From: Polypterus senegalus
Taxonomy: Eukaryota
Length of the DNA stretch: 64,000 nt
Assembly: GCF_016835505.1 (NCBI RefSeq)
Contig: NC_053155.1
Location: 74,724,088 to 74,788,087, forward strand
Direction of reading: 5' to 3'
Below are positions 1 through 10,396 of this stretch, in pieces (position 1 is the first letter of the stretch; each line of letters starts with the position of its first letter). Position numbers and translations under genes: made by a program. Under the pieces are notes generated by a model. That model was not told where the DNA came from. It was given only the letters and a program-made list of their open reading frames with translations, and did no database searches.

Positions 1-122
1 ACTAAATTTACTAGATGCCCCACAACAGGGATTATGGGTAACAGCTTCAGGAAAATAACAGGTGGGATAAACAACAGCCTGTGATTTAAGATCACATGAC
101 TGCGGCCTGGATGGTGCTCTAA

Positions 123-1070
123 TCAGTCAACCAGGCAGTTTTGCTGCCATATTTTGGGATAATACATAAGATCCCTCCAGTTAGGATGAAGACCATCTCT
201 TCTGAAAAATCCAGGCCTTTCCCAAAAATCATCCCAATTGTTCACAAATGCTATGCTTTTATTTGCACACCAGGTTTCTAGCCAGCAGTGAAAGGAATGC
301 AATCTACTATAAATCACATCCCCTCTATATAATCTTGGTAAGGGACCAGATACAATTAAATTCCGACATTTTGTTTTAGCTTTGGTGCATAGAGATGAAG
401 TTCGCTTTAATACCTCAGATTGCTGTAAATAAATATCATTAGTGCCGACATGCAGCAATAAGGTAGATACTTCATCGGCAACACGGTCCAATGCGGCCTT
501 TATGCCAGAAATCTTGGCCCCTGCAAGGCACTTAACATTAACTGCTGGTTTAACATAGTTTGGAATTCTAACATTCCGCACTATGGAATCGCCAATTATG
601 AGCACTTTATTATTCTCAGTTTCCACAGGCGCGGAGAGCTCAGAATCTGTTCTGGGTCCGAATTGGTGACCTGAGTGCTGGGGACTAAATTTTGGATTCT
701 TAGACCCCGTCTTACTGTTACCCACTCGCCCTGTGGCTGAATTGGTGCTGCTGATTTCGGCCGCGCACTGACTACAGTGGGACCTGGAGAGACTGAAGCG
801 AATCAGATGTAGCGAATTGTCTAAACAAACCGAGTCGATCCAATTTTCGGTTTGCCTAATCGCTATCAGATTCCTAACGCGGTCCTCCAATTCGCGTATT
901 TTCCCGACCAAATCTAAATTAACTAAACACTTTTGGCAGGTGAAGCTATCTGCACTGTCGGCCGGAAAACCTGAGCTGTACATACTGCAGGACACACAAC
1001 ATATAAACGTGCCCTCGATGGGCAGAGAGCAGATAGAACTTACATTAAATGTTGAAGTCATCTTTGCCAT
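123..1070 (-). CDS. LINE ORF1 protein: N-terminal Cys-rich (PHD/zinc-finger-like) region, coiled-coil, then an SGNH/GDSL-type esterase domain
   Basis: Uninterrupted 948-nt ORF. The Cys cluster is FICCVSCS...CQKC. SGNH hydrolase blocks are present: LIIGDSIVRN (GDS block), HVGTNDI (GxND block) and DGLHPN (DxxH catalytic block). An esterase-plus-PHD ORF1 is an established feature of CR1-like non-LTR retrotransposons. Confidence 0.7.
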   Translation of the reverse strand: MAKMTSTFNVSSICSLPIEGTFICCVSCSMYSSGFPADSADSFTCQKCLVNLDLVGKIRELEDRVRNLIAIRQTENWIDSVCLDNSLHLIRFSLSRSHCSQCAAEISSTNSATGRVGNSKTGSKNPKFSPQHSGHQFGPRTDSELSAPVETENNKVLIIGDSIVRNVRIPNYVKPAVNVKCLAGAKISGIKAALDRVADEVSTLLLHVGTNDIYLQQSEVLKRTSSLCTKAKTKCRNLIVSGPLPRLYRGDVIYSRLHSFHCWLETWCANKSIAFVNNWDDFWERPGFFRRDGLHPNWRDLMYYPKIWQQNCLVD

Positions 1071-1260
1071 TTTTATAGGTGCTTCGCGCTTTCCATGTTC
1101 AGCTGAATCACCGTCGCTTTAAGTTTCCACCACCCGCTGAGCGATCGACTTTAATTTCTCACTGCCGGTTATTTCTACTGGTCAGCTGCCGGCATTACCT
1201 CAGGTGAACTTGCTCGGGTGCTTGTGAAGGGCTACGTGCCTGTGGGAGACGCCGTCACTC

Positions 1261-1310
1261 TCTGCTTCCGCTCGCTGATCCGCTCTCTGCTTCCGCTCGC
1301 TGATCCGCTC
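1261..1310. repeat. perfect 25-bp tandem duplication (tctgcttccgctcgctgatccgctc x2)
   Basis: Two identical adjacent 25-mers read directly from the sequence. Confidence 0.85.
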
Positions 1311-2557
1311 TACTGTCCAGGGATGTATTATTCTGTTGAAAACAGAATAATTAGAGGTGCAGTGTTGACTCTTTATAATGACTTTCATTACTTTAATAAA
1401 TAAACCTTAATAATTGGTGAAGAGTGTAAATTTTAGATTGGGCACAACAAATTTTAGATTAGGCACTACAACTAATGAGTAAATCATTTGTAAAGATGTA
1501 AAGAAGCATTATGAATGGTAATGATATAGTAATGAAAGATATTATAATGTGTTACCAATATATTATAAATATTTTTCATTTAATGGCATTTGGAATTTTA
1601 CTTGTGAGAAGACAAGCACATCATGAGAGATGTGAAATAACAACAATAAAATGTATTTCTATACTACATTTTCATACAAATGATGTAGCTCAAAGTGTTT
1701 TAAGAGATGTCAAATTAGTAGTTACTTGCAAAGAAAACAAATTATGCATTATTATTTTCTATATTTAAATTGTATATTTATTGACTTTGTATTCTTTGAG
1801 CTTCGTTGGTGGCACGTGCAACTTTTTGGTTGTGGTACCCATCAAGGATGCTGTCTATCCCCAGTACTTACACTATTACAATCAGGATGCTTGTTGTTGA
1901 CTTACACATTCAAGCAAAGAAAAAATGAATTCATAACAAAATGTTTGCTTTTATGTCAGTGATGTAAGGCATTATATTACAAATGTGAATTCATCACTTC
2001 AATATGTGTTAAATATAATGGAGGCGTTCCATAGGATCATAAGGCTTAACTAGAGAAGACTATGATACCAATGAATACCTTAGCATGTATGCCCAGCATT
2101 GAACATTTCTCTTTAACAGGCTTGTATCAGTTCACATAACTAGGGCTAACAGATATATATCTATATAAAGCTCCATCCATACATTTTCTAATCGATGTGT
2201 CTTAGTTAAGACTACATGGAGCTGGTGCCTATACTGGCAGCATTGGGTGAAAGGAGAGACACAGCCATGGAGAATCAGCTAAGGTATCACTCCACATGTC
2301 CTAGAACATAAACATAGTGAAGTAGTTTTGGGCAAATTTAGGTGTGTCCAATTAGCCTAATGTGTACTTTTTAAGTTATTTGAAGAAAACATAAATATCT
2401 ATTTTAAGTTAATTACCTGTTGTAAAGTGTTATACTGTACAATACTTTGCTACCTAGTATCATCTTTGTCCACTATTAGTGGAGATGGTCACAAATGAAA
2501 AAATAAAATTACTAAAATGAAAAAGCTAAAAGTTAATTCAAACACTTCTTCAGTTAC

Positions 2558-2645
2558 TTAGATTAGATTAGATTACACTATATTTCTCCCCAAGAGGAAA
2601 TTACAATTTTACAAAAGTTCCCCAATAAATAAATAAATAAATAAC
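2558..2645. repeat. interspersed repeat fragment with (GATTA)n and (AAAT)n microsatellite tail
   Basis: agattagattagattaca...ccccaagaggaaatt resembles the segment at 37325-37400 (gattagattagattagattc...cccaagcagaaattt). Confidence 0.4.
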
Positions 2646-4372
2646 CATATCCATAAAAAAATGGATAACTGCTGTCAATAACAGGCTTTTAGGAGACAGC
2701 AAGATGAGGTCAGACCTGCTCAGATCTTACCAAAGGTTTATACTTAAAGTCATGATTAATTGGAACGGAGCAGGTCCAGATTGTAGCATCCACAAATGGA
2801 ACATGTATAATGAGCACTTGATTCCATGTTTGAAGCCACCAGTATTCAGAATGATTCATCATTAAGGTATTGATACAGAGTAAATAGTTTCTGTTGCCGA
2901 GTCAGCCAGGATGATGTAACTTACATTCCTGAGCAGTTACTTGGACGAATTCACTCCACATCTCAATGTCTTGATCATACATTTTAGTTTTAATTATACT
3001 GTGCTCCCATTCTTTACCATTGCACATTCACAAAAATCTCCATTATCTCTCTTGCTTTTTCTACTCCGTCTGATGAAACCCATCCAGCATTGAAATAACA
3101 TCTGAAGTAAGAGGTGTAGGCTGGTTCTCGACACTACCCAAAATATCACAGTACCTGAACTTGGTACTTCCTGTTTTATATTATAAACTTAATCTTTAAA
3201 AACTGGAAACATGTTTAAGTTTTTTTATAGGAAATAGAAAGGTTCCTTGTATTAAAAAAACTTGTCCCTGTGAGGCAAAAGGCAGAGGAACACATACCCA
3301 ATTTTTAATTTAATCACTGGGTAGCTAACATTTATGCACCAATACTTTTGAAAGAGTTGGATGGTGCTGAGCTGACACTTGCATGGCTTGCTCTGGGAAG
3401 ACATTCTCACACTTCTATTTTTTTTTACACACTGCCTGCACCAAAATTTGCAGATTGATGCAAATATAGCAATAAACCAAAATTTTCAACACTTACTGTG
3501 AATATGATGTCAGTGCAGACAATAGTAGAATTACTACTGTCATTTGTCCTTTTACCTAATAATCATTCCCCAGACTACACATTATTTAACAAAGGGCAAT
3601 TGCAACTAGGACTTATACTGTACTTTGATAAAATATTTAAATACTTTGACACTGTAATCACAAGAGTAATTTGTCACCAAAACAACTCTTCCATTATGTG
3701 CAAAAAAGACATTTGTTTAAATAACTTTGTTCATTTTCTTATAATCTTCCTCCTTTATCCATTATGTAGACTGTTGCATGTGCTACTGATACTAATAAAA
3801 TAATTCTCATCAGACACTGCCAGTGTTTTTTAATGATACTTTTTCATTGGCTAATCTGAACTAGCACTGGTGACAGGTTCTTGAAATTAAACTCAGACTG
3901 TGAATATATGTAAACATTTGCCAGAATGCATTCTTTCTTAGTCTTTGTTAGACATGGTGTAGTCCTTTATATAACTGTACATGGCATGTCTCTCTGTCAA
4001 CTTAGACTGTTGAAGATTTACCCTGAATTAAACCCTACTTGTCAGAGATTCTTGAAGTACCCGTGGAGACATGTTTTCTTTATTTCATCTACTTAAACCT
4101 TACTGGACTTAAGTTTCCACCAGTCTATCAGACAACCTCACGATTGGTGTAAATCCTCATTCATTAATGGTCCTTCATGATGTAAACACTGAATGGAAGA
4201 CTGCAGCTTAAGGATCACTCTCTTGTAATAAGCTACACTACACTACGTTATTGACCCATATTATTTTGGCGTAATAGAAGACTCTTAATCCACCTATTAT
4301 AATACATGGCAGAAAAATGTCCTATATTACTTCAAATGAGAGGAAAATTATATTTAAAAAATTATATTTACT

Positions 4373-4455
4373 ACACTTCTTTATCCATGCCTTAGACATT
4401 TACTAAAGTGGTTTATATTCATGTTTCATTTTGCATCTTGTCTGCCTATGTTTGT
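4373..4455. repeat. copy 1 of an ~85-90-bp dispersed direct repeat (second copy at 6348-6432)
   Basis: tacacttctttatccatgccttagacatttactaaagtggtttatattcatgtttcattttgcatcttgtctgcctatgtttg is near-identical at both sites (1 mismatch seen). Confidence 0.75.
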
Positions 4456-4804
4456 GTAAAATATTTTAGCATACAGAAGCCCTTTATTAATTTAAACTAA
4501 CATCCTATTTTACAACTGTTCACTATATCTGCTAAATTAATAGGTTTTCTAATGACATATACCTTTGTAAACTGTTCTGAGATTTTATATGTAAGGAGGT
4601 CAGATGTTTCAAAGTAAAGTAGATATTTCAGGCAAGTCCAACAAAAGTTTCGAGGTAAGGTTGTAAATCAGTAATGTGAGAGTAAGATGGCTACATAAAA
4701 GCACTTCAGAAGAACAAACCAAGAGTATATTAATGTTGTTGATTTACAGACTTCATACTTGATGCTAGGATATACACACCTTTAGTTTACTTTTGACTTA
4801 ATTT

Positions 4805-5810
4805 GTTGCAGCTCTTCTGGCTGAATAAGAGGAGTAGAACTCAGGTCAGGTGTACAGCAGATTACCACCCCCATCACGCAATGAAACAGCTCAGGATCCT
4901 GGTTGGCAACCCTCCAGGCAGACACATGGTCCAGTCCTACCCTCTGGAAATGACCCCTCTATCTGCTGCAGCCAGGTGTTACATGGGCATCCCCTTGGCC
5001 TGGTCCAGCCACTCGGCTCCTCAACAATGAGAATCCTGCAAGCTGGATCACCTTCTGGGAATTGCGCCACATGGCCATTGTACGGTAACTGATGCTCCCT
5101 CATTCGGGACTCCATGAGCAACTACTCATTCGTCACAACCATATAGCAAGACAGTGTCAGGGATGCCAGGGGCAACGACCCGGCCGGGACGCCATGAAGG
5201 ACCGGAAGAGGGCGTGCGCCCACCTTGGACCATGTGGGGGCCGCCAGCCTGGTGATTCTGGTGGCCACGGGTAGGGGGCTTGGAAGCCCAACCCTGTAGG
5301 GGCCCGTGGTCACCGTTAGGGGGTGCCCCGAGGCCTTGGAGGCCCTGGACCTCAGCATTTCCGCCACACCAGGAAGTGCTGGGGGGAAGAGGAGCAGGGA
5401 CACCCAGAGTGCTTCCAGGAGTACAGCCGGCACTTCCGCCACACGGAGGCGTGTCGGTGGAGGATTGCCGGGAAGCACCTGGAGCACATCCGGGTGGAGA
5501 TAAAAGGGGCCGCCTCCCTTCATTCAGGGCTGGAGTCAGGTGGAAGACGGACTAAGCAGGAGAAGAGAGTGTGGAGGTGGCTCGAAGGAAGGCATAGTGT
5601 GTGGCCAGGACTTTGGGGGTTTGTGTGTGCACTTAATAACTTGTAAATAGATTTGTAAATAAACGTGTGGTGGTGGAAAACAACTAGTCTGCCTGTCTGT
5701 GCCCAGGTAACGTTCACAACAGGAAGCACCAGGAATCTGAAGACTTGGACCTTCATCCTTTAGCTTACATATCGGGAGCACCACACACCCCATGCTTTCC
5801 CAATCCATCT
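4805..5810 (-). mobile_element. 3' (C-terminal ORF2) portion of an RTE/Rex3-like LINE, split by insertion of the ~570-bp LTR-like element at 5155-5721
   Basis: The minus-strand translation on both sides of the insertion (MKVQVFRFLVLPV... and LLMESRMREHQLPYNGHVAQFPEGDPACRIL) is collinear with the plus-strand RTE-like copy at 63.7-64.0 kb (KRMKVQVFRVLVLLVLLYVC...ERLLMESQLRH). It matches the RTE C-terminal pattern (..LLYGCETW...IYWP..SN..L...WIGHV.R). Confidence 0.55.
5155..5721 (+). mobile_element. copy 1 of an unclassified ~570-bp GC-rich LTR-like element (family X), plus orientation
   Basis: It starts TGTCAGGGATGCC and ends GTTCACAACA. It contains two tandem ~80-bp units with CCGGAAGTG/CACTTCCGCCACAC motifs, GAGATAAAAGGGGCC (TATA-like) and TGTAAATAAACGTG (AATAAA). 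It is homologous over its full length to copies at 28830-29370, 30705-31278, 53498-53977 and 60181-60759. Confidence 0.65.
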
Positions 5811-6347
5811 ACTAGGATTGTCACTGCTGAGGTAAATAAACCTCTTGACAAGGTTGATACTGTCTCCAGAACATAACATGTATTATTTTAAAATGTCATC
5901 ATACAATATGCTTACATGTTATATCAGCAAATAAAAAGTGACACTCAGTAAATGTCCTTTATAATCAGTTGTCATCTTAAATTCAAATTACTTATGTATA
6001 CAAAAGTAGCTATTTTTATTTCACTGCCACAATGCATATTCATATAGAGGACATAGTAAGTGATTTTGATGGTTTGCACACACAGTAGCCTATAGCATGT
6101 AGCAGTACATTTACGTTTATTTGCTTGGCAGACACTTTTATCCAAAGCTGCTTACAAAAGAGGTAAACATAATCAAGTAACCTGCTAAGGTTTGTTTGTA
6201 AAGCAAGTGTAACAGGACAGGTAATAAAAGTTGATTGCCACAAGTGAAAAGATGTAATAACTAAACTAATAAATCAGCAGTACTACTTGTAGTGGTTCTT
6301 TTCAGTGGAAAATGCTATTGTAGGACAGGAATTGATACTACAAATAC

Positions 6348-6432
6348 TACACTTCTTTATGCATGCCTTAGACATTTACTAAAGTGGTTTATATTCATGT
6401 TTCATTTTGCATCTTGTCTGCCTATGTTTGGT
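6348..6432. repeat. copy 2 of the ~85-90-bp direct repeat
   Basis: Same sequence as 4373-4455. Confidence 0.75.
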
Positions 6433-7295
6433 AAAACAAAGGCTCATGCATACTGTAGTTTTGTTGCAGTTTCTAATGAAAGCTTTCTGTTTTAAGTGAA
6501 TACAATGTATCAACAGCAAGATTGCATTTAGTCTAGATATCAATTGTACATATGCAACTGAAAGGTATGGTTCATAAGGTTCCATTTATTGTGTTATTTC
6601 CTGCTGCTTAGGGTGTTAAGCTGGTGTTTAGAATTGAACAGAAATGTTACAAATTTTTATTGTCAATAAATATATAAAATGTATACAATATACAATGAGG
6701 AAAAAGAGGTAATAGAACATAAGAAAATCTACTTAATTGTACACCTGTGAATTGGCCTCTTCAGTACTTTACAGCAGTACTGATCTCTATCAAAAGAAGG
6801 TGAGTCATTAGAAATGCAAAGGGAGCCAATAGCAGATGGTGGGCAGCTCCATTAGTACACTGATGTGCAAACTAACTGGAAAACAAGCAGTGAAATATAA
6901 ACTGTAACTCTGGTAATGCATTGCTTTATCTTAAATCACAACATATATCTTTTTTAGGAGGACTCTGACAGCGGATCCAGCAGTTATGTTCTTGACTATC
7001 TTAACTTGGTAAATAAATTCATTATTTTGCATTAATTTAAAAAAAAAACTGACCAGCCCTTTTTGTACAGTTACAAAACACTGTACACAAACATCAGATA
7101 TATGTCTAGTTAAACTAAATGATATGCAGTGAAAAGCACATCACAATATCAAAACACAATGCAATAAAGCATCTCCATCAACACTACTAAGTTCTATGGG
7201 CAGTCTACCGGATCGAAAACTCACCCAGGAAATGAACCCAATATACAATAAACTGTGGAGCTTTATAGGTGAGACACATGGTTGATCTTGAGTGG

Positions 7296-7631
7296 CATCC
7301 ATCCATCCATTTTCGTAACCCACTTATCCTAAGCGGGACCATGGGAAAGCTGTAGCCATTCCAGCAAGCATCAAGTGCAAGACTGGAACAATCCTTGGAC
7401 AGAGTACCAGTCCATTACAGAGTGAACACACAGACAAACACACACACATGGGCCAGTTTAGCAATGGTAGTTCACATAACCTACATGTCTTATACTATTG
7501 GGGTTAAAGGACTACCCAGAAGAAACCAATGCAGTCATGGGGAGAAACTCTACACAGGAGCACCCTGGAAGCAAATCTTAGTCTCCTTGTCGTGAGGCAA
7601 CAGAGTTACCAGTGCGAAACTATACCATGCC
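7296..7631 (+). mobile_element. SINE-like interspersed repeat (fish 'catccatccattttc...cactgtgccaccgtgcc' family), diverged full-length copy
   Basis: It starts catccatccattttcgtaacccacttatcc and ends gtgaggcaacagagttaccagtgcgaaactataccatgcc, matching from memory the ends of a repeat abundant in ray-finned fish genomes. Confidence 0.55.
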
Positions 7632-10271
7632 ATATAATATACAATTATGTGTAATTTGGTTAAATGCAAATGAGTTCCTTAAAGCTTGAAAATTTGTAGT
7701 CTCAAAATTCAAAGTTCCTTGCTTCATATTTTCACTCACACTGGTTACAATGCGGACACACTGAAATGCAGGCAAACAGTGGCAATTAAAACAGAACACA
7801 ATGAAAGTCTAACAATTCATCTATAGCTTAAGGTTCAAGTTTGAAGCCATTGTAAGTTTTCTTTTGACTCGACAACACAGATTTTTATCACTCTTGCCCT
7901 TTTTCTTTTCATCCTGCCTGTGGACACAACCAGTTTCAGTCCCTGTTTTCACTTCTGAGTTAGGTGTGAATTTCAGATTATTTTGTCTCTAGACAACAGA
8001 ACTATAATAAGTCATATAACATTTTAATAGTGCTATTGTTTAAGTAAGCAGTTATTTAAAATGTGTAGGCCTTTAAATTCTATTTTTTTTCAGTTCTCAG
8101 ATATTCACCCTTGTGCAGAAGATGTAGAGGATATCTCATTAAAAATGGTTTGTAAAATGTTTTTTTCTGTTTTACATTTTGATTTTTTCTAAAATCTGGT
8201 TACTTTTATGCATTTACATTGGAATTTCGGTAGTGATACTCTGAATGTTTTTTATGTTTTCTCACTATAAAATAATTACAAATACTGTATCGTACAAGTC
8301 AAAGATGTGCAAACTAAATGCAAAAAATGTACTGTATTGAAACAACCTGAAACATCATACAATAAAGTATTGTAAGAAACATAATGGATGAACTAGCATC
8401 CTAACTGGGGTGGAGTGTGGTGTTGTACCCAGCTGGGAGGCCATTATGGTAGGACAGCATAAATGGAGGAGCACTCTCGCTGGGATGGTTCCTGTTCCAT
8501 TTTCCTGTTGGGCAGAAGAAGTAATGGATGGACTGGGTGATGTTGCCTGTCAAGAACAGTTCATCCTCTAGTATGATAGGTGGTGGTGCATCTCTGACAT
8601 GGCCACAGTTTGGACATTCTCAGGGCTGCATGGAAGTCATAGTCCAGGTGGGCAGCAATTTTGGGGTGCCACCAACAGCACTTCCGGACAAGGACTCCCC
8701 TGTTTCATGGAGGTTCAGCCTGACCCTGAAGTGCTTCCTGAGTACAGTGTTGTTTCAACAGAAGTACTTCCAGGTCTGGCATAAAAGAAGCCTCCTCACC
8801 TCACTCTAGAATTTGAATGTAGGAGAAAGTGGACAAAATCCTCCTTTAGAGGAGTGGAGGAGGAGGAGACAAGAATTGTTATATTGATTGCAGGGCTATT
8901 TCTGGGCATAGGCTGTCTAGGCAAGGGCTTAGGGCACCCTCTAGTAGTTAAGGCAAATTACTGCAGCCCCCTGTAGAAATTTCTGTCTGTATTTTCTTAA
9001 GAAAACTTTGTCAGGACTGGACTGGAACACAAAGAAATGTTTATGTTTTGTGCCTCAGCAGCGCCTGCACAGTCTGCACTGTGCACACCACAGTTAGTGT
9101 GCTGTTGTATATACAGCACTAGTGCAGACAGCGTGCCAGGCATCTCATGTGACTTGTGTTCTCCTTGCTACCTGTGAACTGCACACGTCACAGTGAGGCA
9201 TTACTGCTTGCAGTTAGCCCCTGCCAGGACCAGGAGTTAATGCTCATCCCCTGATCTTCCCATGTAAGGCGCAGCCTGCTAGATGGACATAGAATTTGAT
9301 TCCAGTCCATGCCTCTTCCTCTTCAAGCACTTTGCCACAGGGTGAGTGGCGGCTGACCCGGGTGCAGTCCAGACTCTGGTGAGTGACAGAGTCCAGGAAG
9401 CTTCCTCCTGTCATAACTTCCACCCACTTAGCTTGTTCCTCAGGACGGGAGGTACTAAGGTGAAAGAGTATGTCTCAGGAGAGAAGTTTCTTGGAGGCAG
9501 GAGCACTGGCACTGCAGCAGAAACATCGTGGCCACTAGGAATTGTGTGTTTGTCTGTGTGTGTTCAGTCTGCAATGGACTGGCACTGTGTTCCAATGTCT
9601 ATGTGGATTTTTTCTCCATATTTCTTCCACATTACAAGGACACATTGTGTTGTTTAACAGTGTGTTTGCTTGTGTCAGTGAGCCATGTGATGGGTTGCCT
9701 CCCAACCCTGCTTTTTTCCAGGGATTCCAATGTGGGCTCCATCCCTCCCCTTTTTTTTCTATTCCGTTTATACCATTTGCGTAGGCCTAAGTCTTGTCAG
9801 TGTGTTAAGCAGTACACACAGAAAGCATTCATAACCAAAGCCAGCCAGTGGTCTGTGTCCCTTCCCTGCTTTTGATCTCTCCTATTATCCCTTTACTAAG
9901 AGGGAGTCCATCTTTTTCAGACTATACTATTTCCTCAGCAATTTTCTCTTTCTGTACTCTTCTGCTGAATTCTGTATTCTGAGGGTAAGCACATATGAAG
10001 TCAAGAATGTACTTTTTTTTTTATTGGTATAATTTTTTATTTTATTTTATTACGTGTGGATTCCTTTTGAAAACAGTAAATTTAGAGATATTTGTACTGA
10101 TAATCTTGCTTACAAAGGTTTGCATAGGGAGAGAAAAATATAAACTTTAACAATGTCTATTTTGATAATAAAAATAAAAACGTATTTCTAATGAACTCAC
10201 CTCTGACTAGAAGCAGACAATCAGGTCAGAGAATTGTTTACAAAACAGTTGTGAAACTACATCTTTGAATT

Positions 10272-10396
10272 TCTCAATTTCCAACCCGCTATATTCTAAA
10301 AACAGGGTCACAAGGGTCTGCTGGAGCTAATCCCAGCCAGCACAGGGTGCAAGGTAGGATCAAACCCCGGGCAGGGTACCAGCCCACTGCAGGGCT
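10272..10396 (+). mobile_element. fragment of the same SINE-like family (5' part)
   Basis: ccaacccgct...gggtcacaagggtctgctggagctaatcccagccagcacagggtgcaaggtaggatcaaaccccgggcagggtaccagcccactgcaggg is the reverse-complement equivalent of the 14236-14598 and 22785-22937 copies. Confidence 0.55.

Larger units (their letters stand above)
1..1400 (-). mobile_element. 5' portion of a CR1/L2-superfamily LINE on the minus strand (ORF1 plus 5' UTR); ORF2 would lie beyond the window start
   Basis: An intact 315-aa ORF1 with the esterase-type architecture described for CR1-like elements. A 25-bp tandem duplication sits in the putative 5' UTR. The element is cut by the window edge. Confidence 0.55.

Noticed and set aside
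5280-5646. ORFs of 90-130 aa inside the GC-rich family X copies (also at 28901-29300 and 60412-60597)
   Set aside because: The same sequence yields long ORFs on both strands and in both orientations of the repeat. The peptides are low-complexity (Pro/Gly/Arg-rich) with no recognisable domain, so they are composition artefacts of a GC-rich non-coding promoter-like element.
8528-9875. Plus-strand ORFs of 80-115 aa (8528-8809, 9346-9657, 9528-9875) as coding exons
   Set aside because: They have no flanking splice consensus in frame, no recognisable motifs, and Cys/Val/Leu-rich low-complexity translations. The one feature worth noting in this stretch is the GTGAGT donor at 9339, reported separately.
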